A stretch of 64,000 nucleotides of DNA from an uncultured delta proteobacterium (GTDB lineage Bacteria > Desulfobacterota > Binatia > UBA9968), in assembly GCA_963737905.1 (NCBI GenBank), contig CAVTUQ010000026.1, positions 96,001 to 160,000 of the forward strand. The letters run 5' to 3'. A model generated the notes under the pieces. The model ran no database searches. It saw only the letters and a list, made by a program, of their open reading frames with translations, and was not told the origin of the DNA. Below, piece after piece: positions 48,680-58,653 of this stretch; position 1 is the first letter of the stretch, and every line of letters starts with the position of its first letter. The position numbers were made by a program, and so were the translations under genes.

Positions 48680-49747
48680 CTAGAGCCCGTAGGCTGTCCG
48701 CGGGTTGTCATCGAGGATTTTTTTCTTCACTGTATCGCTGACGCCGCCGTTGCTGCGGAAGACTTCGATGGCGTCCACCTCGCTCGAGGCGTCGGTGTGG
48801 CCGTAGTCCGTGCCGATGACGATATTGTCCTCGCCGGCGTACTTTAGCACATAGGGGAAGTCGTCATCGGTCTGCGCAGTAATGTAGATCCTAAACTCTT
48901 TGCAAGGGTTCTTCGGGAATCCTTTGGCGCCGGAACGCCGAACGGCTTCATTGACTACCCAAGGTATCCACTGTGCGGAGGCTTCGACGAACGCCCACCG
49001 CAGTTTGGGAAAGAGCGCGGGCACGTCGCTCATCATCAGCGACAGGCACGTGATCACGGTGGGGATGCGGAACTGGGCGAAGCCGCCCATTTTGTCGTAG
49101 CGCGGTTTGAATTGATCCATGAGTTGAGGACTGCCGTTGGCGATGTGCACGGCGACGGTCATGCCGAGGCGGGTCGCTTCTTCATAGATCGGATAAAAAT
49201 AGGGTTCGACGAGATGCTTGTCATTTTCAAAAGGCCGGAGACTGACGGCGACGGCGCCGTTTTCTCGGGCGAAGCGGATTTGTTGCAGCGCTTCGCTGAT
49301 TGTCATGGCGGGTACGACGCAAGACCAGCGGAGACGATTCTTTCCCTGTTTCCAGACATCCGCCATCCAGCGGTTCCACGACCCGCACAGGGCGATTTCC
49401 GCCTCGGCTTTGTCGGCTACGCGCGCGATCCACATCGTATTGAAGAGAATTTGCACGTCGATGCCGAGTTTGTCCATATGCCGCAAACGCAGCTCCACGT
49501 CGCGGAGCTCGCGGGCATCCGCCGCAGTTTGCAAGGTGCGTCCGGTCGCCTTCGATAGCGCGATAAGCTCTTGCTCGCTCAACGTCGCATTGCGGAAACC
49601 GATGTTTCTGCCGTCTAGAAACCAGTACTGGGCGTTCGGGTTGTCGGCGGATTGAAAAAGTTGGGGACGATATTTTTTTTCGGCAACGTCCAAATAATCC
49701 CAGGTGTGCGCTGTTTCAACTACGTGAGCGTCTGCGTCGATAATCAT
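48680..49747 (-). CDS. Amidohydrolase_2 family protein
   Basis: MIIDADAHVVE, HMDKLGIDVQ and IGTDYGHTD motifs. Confidence 0.92.
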   Translation of the reverse strand: MIIDADAHVVETAHTWDYLDVAEKKYRPQLFQSADNPNAQYWFLDGRNIGFRNATLSEQELIALSKATGRTLQTAADARELRDVELRLRHMDKLGIDVQILFNTMWIARVADKAEAEIALCGSWNRWMADVWKQGKNRLRWSCVVPAMTISEALQQIRFARENGAVAVSLRPFENDKHLVEPYFYPIYEEATRLGMTVAVHIANGSPQLMDQFKPRYDKMGGFAQFRIPTVITCLSLMMSDVPALFPKLRWAFVEASAQWIPWVVNEAVRRSGAKGFPKNPCKEFRIYITAQTDDDFPYVLKYAGEDNIVIGTDYGHTDASSEVDAIEVFRSNGGVSDTVKKKILDDNPRTAYGL

Positions 49748-49864
49748 GGATTGTTGCTCCTTCCTCCGCTCGGAGATTACCTGATTTTTGAGCCGCACAG
49801 CAATAGCCAAAAGGATTGTCCTTGTGATAGTTTAAAGAGCGAAAGATTTTATCTAGGAGCGATT

Positions 49865-51328
49865 ATGAACGATCTGCAACTGGAACCTCAATGGCGTTAC
49901 GGCGATCTCCGCGAATGGCTGCGCGAAACCGACAAATTGGGTGAGTTGAAGACCGTCCTCGGTGCCTCCTGGCAGGAGGAAATCGGTTTAGCTTCCGACG
50001 TGGTGATTCCGAGTGACGAAGGGCCGGCGGTCCTCTTTGATGAAGTGCCCGGGTCCCCTAAGGGCTTTCGTCTTCTGATCAATGTTTTCGCGGGCAAGCG
50101 GCGCGCGATGACCCTCGGTTTCCCGCAGGGGCTCACCAAGCAGGAACTCAGTCAAGCCTATTTCGATCATTATCAGAAAAAACAGCAGCACATTCCGCCC
50201 GTCATCGTGGAGGACGGGCCGGTTTTTGAAAACGTCCTGACCGGAGACGCCGTAGACATCAGCCGATTTCCAACACCCACCTGGCATGCCAACGATGGTG
50301 GGCGATACATCGGCACCGGCTGCTACTCCGTGACCATGGATCCGGATGAGCGGTGGATTAACGTCGGTTGCTACCGAGCGATGATTCAGGACCAGAGGAG
50401 CGTGAGCCTGCTGATCGTGCCCGGAAAGCATGGCTACATGCATCGGGAAAAATATTTTCGTCGCGGCGAGAAAATGCCGCTGGTGATCGTCGTGGGCGGC
50501 GATCCGTTGTTTTTTTTCATGGCGGGGACAGAGCACCCTTACGGCCTCTGTGAATATGACATCGTTGGCGGGATGCGCCGAAAGCCCGTGGAGCTGGTTC
50601 GCGGCAAGATAACTGGCTTGCCCTTTCCGGCGAGCGCCGAGATCGTTCTCGAAGGGTTCTTGAACAACGACAATCGCAAGAACGAAGGCCCCTTCGGCGA
50701 ATGGACCGGTTACTATGCGTCCGATGAGAGCGCCCAGCCTGTGCTGGAAATCGAAGCCGTTTACCATCGCAACGACCCGATTATCCTTGGTGTGCCGCCG
50801 CTCGGCGGAGGCTCCGACGAGATGGCGCGCTATCGCGCCATCATGCGCTCCGCCATGCTCAAGCATGAATTGCAAAACGCGGGAGTGCCAGATGTCACGC
50901 AGGTTTGGTGTCATGAGGTCGGCGCGTCGCGCATGCTCCACGGTATCGCCATCAAGCAGCGCTATCCCGGCCACGCCAAACAAGCCGGCGTGCTCTCCGC
51001 GAGTTGCGGGTCCACGGTGTACGGATGCAAAATGGTGGTTGTCGTGGACGACGACATCGATGTGTCGAATTTCGAGCAGCTCATGTGGGCGATGGTGACG
51101 CGCTGCGACCCCGCCACGTCCATCGATATTTTGCGGCGTATGCGCACCAGCCCGGCGGACCCGCGTCTCCTGCCCGAGCAGCGGAAGATGAGAGATCTCA
51201 CCAATTCCCGCATGGTGGTGGACGCAACGCGACCCTATGATTGGATGGACAAATTTCCCCGCGTCAATGCGCCCAGCCTGGAGAGCGCCCGCAAAGGACG
51301 AGAGAAATTCGGCTATCTCTTAAAGTGA
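49865..51328 (+). CDS. UbiD family decarboxylase
   Basis: DGGRYIGTG, NVGCYR, EGPFGEWTGYY, VVVDDDID and DATRP motifs. Confidence 0.93.
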   Translation: MNDLQLEPQWRYGDLREWLRETDKLGELKTVLGASWQEEIGLASDVVIPSDEGPAVLFDEVPGSPKGFRLLINVFAGKRRAMTLGFPQGLTKQELSQAYFDHYQKKQQHIPPVIVEDGPVFENVLTGDAVDISRFPTPTWHANDGGRYIGTGCYSVTMDPDERWINVGCYRAMIQDQRSVSLLIVPGKHGYMHREKYFRRGEKMPLVIVVGGDPLFFFMAGTEHPYGLCEYDIVGGMRRKPVELVRGKITGLPFPASAEIVLEGFLNNDNRKNEGPFGEWTGYYASDESAQPVLEIEAVYHRNDPIILGVPPLGGGSDEMARYRAIMRSAMLKHELQNAGVPDVTQVWCHEVGASRMLHGIAIKQRYPGHAKQAGVLSASCGSTVYGCKMVVVVDDDIDVSNFEQLMWAMVTRCDPATSIDILRRMRTSPADPRLLPEQRKMRDLTNSRMVVDATRPYDWMDKFPRVNAPSLESARKGREKFGYLLK

Positions 51329-51343
51329 CTCTATTGAAGCTCA

Positions 51344-53647
51344 TCAAACAGCGCGTTTCTTGTGCATCAACTCCAACAAATAGTCCGGCCTCAGTGGCAG
51401 CTTTGTAACTTCCACACCGAGTGCATTGGAAACCGCGTTGGCCAAGGCTGCGCCGGCCGCGGTGATGCCGCCTTCGCCGGCGCCTTTGACGCCCAGCGGA
51501 TTGTGCGGTGACGGAAAATCCTCGGTGGAGATAAGCTGCGCCTTGGACATTTCCATGGCGGTAGGAATCAGATAGTCCATGAAGCTTGTCGCCAGGGGTT
51601 GTCCGTTGCTGTCGTAAACAAATTCTTCCAGCAGCGCGCCGCCGATTCCCTGGGCCAGACCGCCGGCCATTTGCCCTTCGATGATCATCGGATTGATCTT
51701 GCGGCCCACGTCTTCGGTAACCAGATAATCGAGAATTTTTAGGATGCCCGTCTCCCGGTCCACTTCCACCACTGCGACGTGGACGCCATAGGGAAAGGGT
51801 CTTTTGTCGGTGGCGAAAAAGTCTTCCTCTGAAATCCCGGGCGTCATGCCGTTCTTCAACGCCGTGCCTGGAAGCGCCAGCCGGGCGATATCCGTGTAGC
51901 TGAGGGAGCGCTCCGGCGCGCCGCGGACACTGACTCTGCCGTCGCCCAAAATAAGATCGCCGGAGTCGATCTCTAATTGAGTGGAAGCGATGCGCAGTAT
52001 TTTTTGTTTCACTTTGCGCGACGCGCCCAAGGCGGCGCTTCCCGCCATCACCGTCGAGCGGCTGGCGTTGCTGCCGTTGCCGTAGGGAACCTGAGCGGTG
52101 TCACCGTGGACGACCCGCACATTGTCGATGGAGACTTGCAGCTCGTCGGCGACGATCTGACTCAAGGCAGTGGCAATGCCTTGGCCCACGGAGTTGCAAC
52201 CTGAGTACAGCACCGCTTGACCCGCGTTGTCGATTTCTACCCGAGCGTATTCCCATGGCCCGATGCCGCTGGTCTCCACAAAGCAACCGATGCCGACGCC
52301 CATGGCCCGGCCGGCTCGCTTCGCTTCCGCGCACGTTGACTTCAGTTTCTCATAGCCGATGCGCTCCAGCGCGCGTTCCAACTGTCCGGAAAAGTCGCCT
52401 GTGTCATAAACCATATAATGAAAAGGATGCTTGCCGAGATCATAGGGCATCTCTTCATGGCGAATCAGATTGCGTCTTCTAACATCCGCCGGATCCAGGC
52501 TAAGCCGATGCGCGACCATATCGATCAGCCGCTCGCGCACAAAATTTGCTTCGAAACGGCCAGGGCTGCGGTAGGTTCCCACTGGCGTCTTGTTGGTCAG
52601 CACGCAGAAAACATTGCAGCGATAATTTTTGATCCGCAGCGGACCGCGCAACATCGCGGACGCCGCGATAGCAGGAACCCCGCCATGAGTCCTTGTATAT
52701 CCGCCCATGTCGAACAGAATCTCGGCCTCCATCGCCATAATCGTGCCGTCTTTCTTGACGCCGATCTTGACGCGATGCTGCTGCTGCCGCGACTGGTTCA
52801 TCGCCTTGAGATTCTCCGAGCGGTCTTCGATCCAACAGATGGGCTGGCGGAAATGCATCGCCGCGAAAGGAATCAAGAAATCTTCCGGATAGAATTCACC
52901 CCGGGCACCGAAACCACCACCGACTTCCGGTTCGATGAAATGAATGCAGCTCTGCGGCAGGCCGATGAGATCGGAGAGAATACGCCAGTTGGTATGCGTC
53001 ATCTTGGTCGGCCCCCACACCGTGAGGAGCCCGCGGCCTTCGTCGAACTCAGCGACCAGGCCGCGCGTTTCCAACGGCACAGCGGAATGCCGCTGGGTCG
53101 AAAATTCCTCTTCCAAGATCAAGTCACAGCCGGCGAACGCGGCCTCGACATCGCCGACATTGACCTGGAAGTTGGCCGCAATGTTGTTTGGCACTGCGTC
53201 GTGGAGTTGTGGCGCCCCTGCGTGCATGCTCTGGCGCGCGTCGGTCACCGGACCCAGCGCAGCATATTCGACATCGATAAGTTCGAGGGCATCTTCGGCG
53301 ACGTAACGGCTCTCCGCCACCACGACGGCGACGGGGTCGCCCACGTAACGCACTTTGGTCGTCGCAATGGGAGTTTGTTGTGATCGTTCCAAACCTGGAA
53401 TAACACCCGTGCGCATCGGTATCGTCTTCACTCCCGGCATGTCCGCCGCCGTGAGTACTCCGATGACGCCCGGAAGTTTAACCGCCTCGGCACTGTCGAT
53501 TTTCACAATTCGCGCGTGCGCGTGAGAGCTGCGCAAAATCGTGGCGTGCACCATCCCGGCCCGATGAATATCGCCAACGTATTTCCCGATCCCACGGAGA
53601 AGTCTCAGATCTTCTTTGCGTTTTATCCTTGAACCGATGTACGGCAT
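51344..53647 (-). CDS. CoxL-like molybdenum hydroxylase large subunit, not a form I CO dehydrogenase
   Basis: RKEDLRLLRG, VGGGFG, active-site loop GTYRSPGR, GVKGAGEGG. Confidence 0.92.
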   Translation of the reverse strand: MPYIGSRIKRKEDLRLLRGIGKYVGDIHRAGMVHATILRSSHAHARIVKIDSAEAVKLPGVIGVLTAADMPGVKTIPMRTGVIPGLERSQQTPIATTKVRYVGDPVAVVVAESRYVAEDALELIDVEYAALGPVTDARQSMHAGAPQLHDAVPNNIAANFQVNVGDVEAAFAGCDLILEEEFSTQRHSAVPLETRGLVAEFDEGRGLLTVWGPTKMTHTNWRILSDLIGLPQSCIHFIEPEVGGGFGARGEFYPEDFLIPFAAMHFRQPICWIEDRSENLKAMNQSRQQQHRVKIGVKKDGTIMAMEAEILFDMGGYTRTHGGVPAIAASAMLRGPLRIKNYRCNVFCVLTNKTPVGTYRSPGRFEANFVRERLIDMVAHRLSLDPADVRRRNLIRHEEMPYDLGKHPFHYMVYDTGDFSGQLERALERIGYEKLKSTCAEAKRAGRAMGVGIGCFVETSGIGPWEYARVEIDNAGQAVLYSGCNSVGQGIATALSQIVADELQVSIDNVRVVHGDTAQVPYGNGSNASRSTVMAGSAALGASRKVKQKILRIASTQLEIDSGDLILGDGRVSVRGAPERSLSYTDIARLALPGTALKNGMTPGISEEDFFATDKRPFPYGVHVAVVEVDRETGILKILDYLVTEDVGRKINPMIIEGQMAGGLAQGIGGALLEEFVYDSNGQPLATSFMDYLIPTAMEMSKAQLISTEDFPSPHNPLGVKGAGEGGITAAGAALANAVSNALGVEVTKLPLRPDYLLELMHKKRAV

Positions 53648-53706
53648 GAGTCCCTTATCTCTTACTTCACGTGTTCCAACCGATCAGAGCGCGTCGACGT
53701 GGCATA

Positions 53707-53743
53707 AAAATCCCCCTTGATCCCCCTTTATCAAAAGGGGGAA
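53707..53743. repeat. Short palindromic element AAATCCCCC..TCCCCCTTT-N-AAAGGGGGA
   Basis: Hairpin between the coxS-like and coxL-like genes. Confidence 0.55.
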
Positions 53744-53855
53744 GTTCTTCCCCAAAGTCACATTTACTTCCCCCGGCCAGGGGAGATTTGTGTGGGTCGA
53801 GAGCCGAACAGCGCATTGAGACACAGCCCTCAAACGCGAGATTCGCTGATACACC

Positions 53856-54347
53856 TCATGATTTATTCTGAACCAAACTCAACTTCTTCGCGGCGTCTTG
53901 AATCGCCGCGACGATGTTCTGATAGCCGGTGCAACGGCACAGGTTGCCGCTGATCCAGTCGCGGATTTCTTCATCAGTCGGGTCCGGGTTCTCTTTCAAC
54001 AAGGCCTCGGCGGTCAGCAAGATGCCGGGCGTACAAAAGCCACATTGCAAACCATGAAGTTCCCAAAACGACTCTTGAAGAGGGTGTAGCTCCGTGGCGC
54101 TTGGAGCCATCCCTTCCACTGTCTTCAGCTGGACACCGTCGGCCTGCACTGCAAAGAACAGGCACGAACGTACGGGTTCCTCGTCCAACAAGACGGTGCA
54201 TGCACCGCAGACGCCGTGCTCACAGCCGACGTGGGTTCCCGTGAGTCCCAGATCGTCACGAATGAAATCCACCAAAAGTTTGCGCGGTTCCGCCTCCCCT
54301 CGGTACGCCCGTCCATTGATTGTCATGGAAATGTTTCGTTTGCCCAC
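53856..54347 (-). CDS. CoxS-like (2Fe-2S) subunit
   Basis: [19 protein letters not shown] and NLCRCTGY motifs. Confidence 0.96.
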   Translation of the reverse strand: MGKRNISMTINGRAYRGEAEPRKLLVDFIRDDLGLTGTHVGCEHGVCGACTVLLDEEPVRSCLFFAVQADGVQLKTVEGMAPSATELHPLQESFWELHGLQCGFCTPGILLTAEALLKENPDPTDEEIRDWISGNLCRCTGYQNIVAAIQDAAKKLSLVQNKS

Positions 54348-54365
54348 CTTAGCTTCTCGATCTCT

Positions 54366-55235
54366 CTATGTTGCAACCAAAGCGCGCGCAGCCGCTTGTT
54401 CCAACACTCGCCGTGCCAGTACCCTGGCGACTTCCTTGCGGTATTGGGCGGTGGCGTGAATATCCGAATCGGGTTCCAGATCTGCTGCCGCCAGATTGGC
54501 CGCGTCGCGAAACAACGCAGATTCAGGCCGCTGCCCCACCAACTGCTGTTCGATTTTCGATGCACGATGCGGCGTCGCACCGAAAAAAACCAGCCGGGCT
54601 CGCTCGATGATTCCATCACTGCGGAGGGTGAGAAGACCGGCCGTCCCCATGAGCGCAAAGTCTCCATGGCGCCGGCTGACTTCCTGAAAGGACCATCCGG
54701 TATGCAGTGGTACTTCCGGCACCCGGATCTCAACAAGCAATTCCCCGGGTTGCAACGTCGTGGTCATGATATCAACAAAAAAATCTTCCGCCCGCACCAC
54801 CCGCTCACCCTTCTCGCTCCGTAGCATCAGGGTCGCCTCCAATGCCGTCATGACCACCGGTAATTCAGCCGAAGGGAACGCGTGGGCCAGGCTGCCGCCG
54901 ACGGTGCCGCGGTTCCTGATCTGCACGTGGCCGATGTAGTGCGTCGCCTCTTGTAGAAGCGGCCAGCCCTCCGCGACGATCTTAGATCGCTCCAGAGCGC
55001 GCTGTCGCGTCATCGCCCCGATGCGCAGCTCACCCCGGTCGACATCGAGATAACTTAGTTCGCCTAAACGATTGAGGTCGACTAATTGCGCCGGCCGCGC
55101 CAGCCGCATGTTCATCATCGGCACGAGGCTCTGTCCCCCGGCCAAAGGTTTCGCCGTATCGCCAAATTGCCCCAACAGGCTCAATGCCTCGGCGAGAGTT
55201 GTCGGATCGTAGTAATCGAATACAGCAGGCTTCAT
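54366..55235 (-). CDS. CoxM-like FAD-binding subunit
   Basis: LAGGQSLVPMMNMR, IRNRGTVGGS and RRHGDFA motifs. Confidence 0.95.
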   Translation of the reverse strand: MKPAVFDYYDPTTLAEALSLLGQFGDTAKPLAGGQSLVPMMNMRLARPAQLVDLNRLGELSYLDVDRGELRIGAMTRQRALERSKIVAEGWPLLQEATHYIGHVQIRNRGTVGGSLAHAFPSAELPVVMTALEATLMLRSEKGERVVRAEDFFVDIMTTTLQPGELLVEIRVPEVPLHTGWSFQEVSRRHGDFALMGTAGLLTLRSDGIIERARLVFFGATPHRASKIEQQLVGQRPESALFRDAANLAAADLEPDSDIHATAQYRKEVARVLARRVLEQAAARALVAT

Positions 55236-55262
55236 GGGTCCCTAGAGGATCATTTTTCGCTG

Positions 55263-56108
55263 TTACGCCGATGCCAGCGAATGGCTAATGCTTATCCGTT
55301 CGGCACGGTAGAACTCGCCGAGAAAATCTTCCGAATCTTTGTAAGTGCGGTTTGTTACGAGTCGCGCAGAAAATGAAAACACTAGGGGATCCACGTCGAA
55401 CGGGTAAGGGGTCATGACCGCCCGGTGTTCCGACACGGCATCGATGTTGATTTTGACGGCCGGCTTGCCGTGTTGGGTCGGCACATCCACGTCGTTCAAG
55501 GTGTTCGACGGCCCGAGCTTGCGCCATTTGCTGTTGAGCGGATAACGATTGCAGACAAACTGAGCGAGCTGATCGAATACCTCCATGTATTCATAGTTGG
55601 TCCAAATCTGTTCATCCGATGCAAAGTTTTTGAACGCTTCCGATTGGCGAAGTTGCTCTAACAGCTTGAACCGAAGCTGTTCCTGGTGATCGATGTAAGC
55701 CTTCACCCTTGGGTCGCTGGAGCGATCCGGTGGATAGGCGTACTTACCGTACCCGGCGTTCATGAGAGCAACCCCATGCATCGCCATTAAAAGCGCCGCG
55801 TAAGGATCCCGCTGCCGCACGTGGTCCACAGCGTTTTTGTAAAAATCCAGCCGGAGCTGGCCGAGGTATTTGAGACTGCCGTCGTGATAGTCCAGCGGGT
55901 ACCCTTTGTCGTTCAAGGTCGACGGCTTCATCTCCCACTCCCACCAACCGATATCGTGCTCATGGGCAGCCAGTACGACAGATGCATAGGGCTCCGGCTT
56001 GGCGAAGTCTTTGTTGCCCCAATGAGCGGCAAAAAAACCCGCCACACGCGAATGGTCGATCTGCAGCGCCAGCATCAATCTCGAATCATCGTAGGGATTG
56101 ACCATCAT
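55263..56108 (-). CDS. DUF3891 family protein
   Basis: QIDHSRVAG..AAHWGN, HEHDIGW, DPYAALLMAMH and PYPF motifs. Confidence 0.8.
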   Translation of the reverse strand: MMVNPYDDSRLMLALQIDHSRVAGFFAAHWGNKDFAKPEPYASVVLAAHEHDIGWWEWEMKPSTLNDKGYPLDYHDGSLKYLGQLRLDFYKNAVDHVRQRDPYAALLMAMHGVALMNAGYGKYAYPPDRSSDPRVKAYIDHQEQLRFKLLEQLRQSEAFKNFASDEQIWTNYEYMEVFDQLAQFVCNRYPLNSKWRKLGPSNTLNDVDVPTQHGKPAVKINIDAVSEHRAVMTPYPFDVDPLVFSFSARLVTNRTYKDSEDFLGEFYRAERISISHSLASA

Positions 56109-56175
56109 AGTCGAGTGCTCCTATCGTCGTTCAACGCCGCTTTGTGGCCCAGCCTGTATGTTCTCCTAGCCGCAT

Positions 56176-57192
56176 TTAAGAATCCGCTCGGAAACCGTAG
56201 AACGTTTGCGGGTTGTTCCATGCGATCTGCCGCTTGTCCGTGTCTGAAATATCGTTTCTGTCTTTAAACATTCTCACCGTCTTCGGCCACGAGGTGTCCC
56301 AATGCGGGTAATCGGAAGAGTAGAGAAGCTTATTTGCTCCGACGCGATCAATCACGTAGGGGACCGTAGATTCCTCCAACTCGAAAGCGTAGAAAAACTG
56401 GTCGCTGGCCATGTATTCGCTCGGCTTTCGCTTCAGGAGGGGGGCTTCTCTGGACCCGCGCTTCTCGAACTCTTCGTCCAGGCGGTCCATTAGAAACGGG
56501 ACCCAGCCGCAACAAGCTTCGAGGGCGGCGATGCGGAGTTTGGGAAATTTTTCAGGCACACCGGCGAAGATGAGTCCGGTTAGCGCAGCCATGCATTCAA
56601 ACGGAAAAGAGAGGCTATGGACGGCGATGAAGCTATCGAATCTGCCGTGCATCCGCTCTGCCGCCCGGATTCCTCCATGCAGAGCCAAGCCAACTCCCAA
56701 TCGTTGGACCTCTTCGTAGAACGGCCAAAACTCACGCCTGCCGATATCCTGGTCGCGCACATTGGTCGGCATCATCACGCCGACGAAACCGAGTTTCTCA
56801 ACGGCGCGCCGCGCTTCGCGGATTGCGGCGTCGATATCCTGAAGGGCCACCATCGCCACACCCTTGAGCCGTCTTGGGTCCGTGGCGCAAAACTCGGCGA
56901 GCCAGTCGTTGTAAGCTCGGGCAATGTCCGTCGCCAGATCCGTCTCCTTCTCGGCGTTGAGTGATAGGTGGCTGGGGAAGATCACTTGAATATCGATTCC
57001 GTCGATGTTCATGTCCGCCAACTGGGTCTTGGGCTCTTCATTGCGCTTCCCCAACGTGCCCCCGAAGGAACGGTCCCAGGCCTCTGAGTGCATGAGCGGC
57101 CGGTTGCGATACTCCTTCTTCAAGTGTTTCCTAAGACTCTCATTGGATTCAGTCACATGACCGTCCGCATCAATGATCGGAAACTTTTCCAT
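56176..57192 (-). CDS. Amidohydrolase_2 family protein
   Basis: IIDADGHVTE, LEACCGW and YSSDYPHWD motifs. Confidence 0.92.
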   Translation of the reverse strand: MEKFPIIDADGHVTESNESLRKHLKKEYRNRPLMHSEAWDRSFGGTLGKRNEEPKTQLADMNIDGIDIQVIFPSHLSLNAEKETDLATDIARAYNDWLAEFCATDPRRLKGVAMVALQDIDAAIREARRAVEKLGFVGVMMPTNVRDQDIGRREFWPFYEEVQRLGVGLALHGGIRAAERMHGRFDSFIAVHSLSFPFECMAALTGLIFAGVPEKFPKLRIAALEACCGWVPFLMDRLDEEFEKRGSREAPLLKRKPSEYMASDQFFYAFELEESTVPYVIDRVGANKLLYSSDYPHWDTSWPKTVRMFKDRNDISDTDKRQIAWNNPQTFYGFRADS

Positions 57193-57565
57193 GTTGACAT
57201 CTCCTCTCGGTTATTTTTCGGCGCGTTCGTTATCGACTTCCAGACGTACCATAGAGAATGGATAAAGCCACTGTCACAGAGCAGAGTCAAACCATGCGTC
57301 TATGATAAGAATGATTCCGAGCACGCTGGTCCGCAAAAACCGGTTATATGCCATGCCGTCTCCTTTAAGCCCCGAAGAAAACAATGTAGATTAGAAATTC
57401 AACATCATCGGCGAGAGAATCATGTTTGCGTTTTAAAGAGCTTGTCATAGTCTTTATCTTCGAGCGACCAGAGTATAGACCAGCGAATCGCCAAATTTCC
57501 AGCGGAATTTGCCATACAGGGTGCTGGATAGATTGCTTCATTGTCCAGCGGGAGAGAAAGTTTAG

Positions 57566-58555
57566 ATGAACTATCGCTATCTCGGAAAACAGCGCCTCAA
57601 AGTCTCTGCTGTCGGCTACGGCTGTCCGACCTTTGTCGGTAGGCTTAACGATGGCGACGAAAAACGCGCCATTGACGTTCTTCATCGCGCCATCGATCTG
57701 GGCGTCAACTTTATCGACACCGCGGACCACAATAACGGAAACAATGAAGAGCTGTTGGCCAAGGCGCTCAAGGGAAAGCGGGATCACGTCGTGCTGGCAA
57801 GCAAGTTCGGCAATCTTCGGGGCCAACCTTGGGCCAAAGGCCGTGAGGTCGATGGCCGGCCGGAATACGTGCCTGTCGCTTGCGAGGCGTCGTTGCACCG
57901 GCTGCAAACCGAAACCATCGATCTTTATTATCTGCACCGCGTCGATCCGCAGGTGCCGATCGAAGAGACGGTGGGCGCGATGGTGCGACTCATCGAGCAG
58001 GGAAAGATTCGTTATATCGGTCTTAGCGAGGCCGGGTCGCAGACGCTTCGCCGCGCCAATGCGGTTCATCCCATCACCGCCGTGCAAAGTGAGTACTCTT
58101 TGTGGACCCGAGATTACGAGGACAACACCATCCCCACGGCGCGCGACCTTGGGATCGGCTTCGTTTCGTATTACGCGCTCGGACGGGGCTTTTTTGCCGG
58201 GGCGGTGAAAGATCTCTCGGATTTAGGTCCCAATGATGGTCGACGCAAAGCCCCGCGTTTTTACCTGGAGAATTTCGAGCACAACCGATGGCTCCTCAAT
58301 CAACTGGAGAAGATCGCCGAGGCGAAAAGATGCACGCTGGCGCAACTGTCGCTCGCCTGGATCCTTCATCAGGGCGATTTTTTTGTTCCGATTCCTGGAA
58401 CCCTTCGGATTGCTCACTTGGAAGAAAATGCCCGCGCGGCTGACGTCCTCTTATCCCCGGAGGATCTATCGACACTTGGACGTTTATTTCCACGAAGCGG
58501 CGCGGCCGCCGGCGCGCGTCATGACAAAGACCGCTCCAAGGAATTGAATATTTGA
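57566..58555 (+). CDS. Aldo/keto reductase
   Basis: FIDTAD, LASKFG, IDLYYLHRVDP, IGLSE and PIPGT motifs. Confidence 0.93.
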   Translation: MNYRYLGKQRLKVSAVGYGCPTFVGRLNDGDEKRAIDVLHRAIDLGVNFIDTADHNNGNNEELLAKALKGKRDHVVLASKFGNLRGQPWAKGREVDGRPEYVPVACEASLHRLQTETIDLYYLHRVDPQVPIEETVGAMVRLIEQGKIRYIGLSEAGSQTLRRANAVHPITAVQSEYSLWTRDYEDNTIPTARDLGIGFVSYYALGRGFFAGAVKDLSDLGPNDGRRKAPRFYLENFEHNRWLLNQLEKIAEAKRCTLAQLSLAWILHQGDFFVPIPGTLRIAHLEENARAADVLLSPEDLSTLGRLFPRSGAAAGARHDKDRSKELNI

Positions 58556-58653
58556 TGACAATCAGATCGGTCGATGAGTCGGGGGCCTCGTTGGCAAGTC
58601 GTCGTTCGGCTCTAACCTTTGCAATCGGAGGACATTTATCGCTACACTGATAA

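Noticed and set aside
51344-55235. Aerobic CO dehydrogenase (coxMSL)
   Set aside because: The active-site loop is TYRSPGR, neither form I AYRCSFR nor form II AYRGAGR, and no coxDEFG genes are present.
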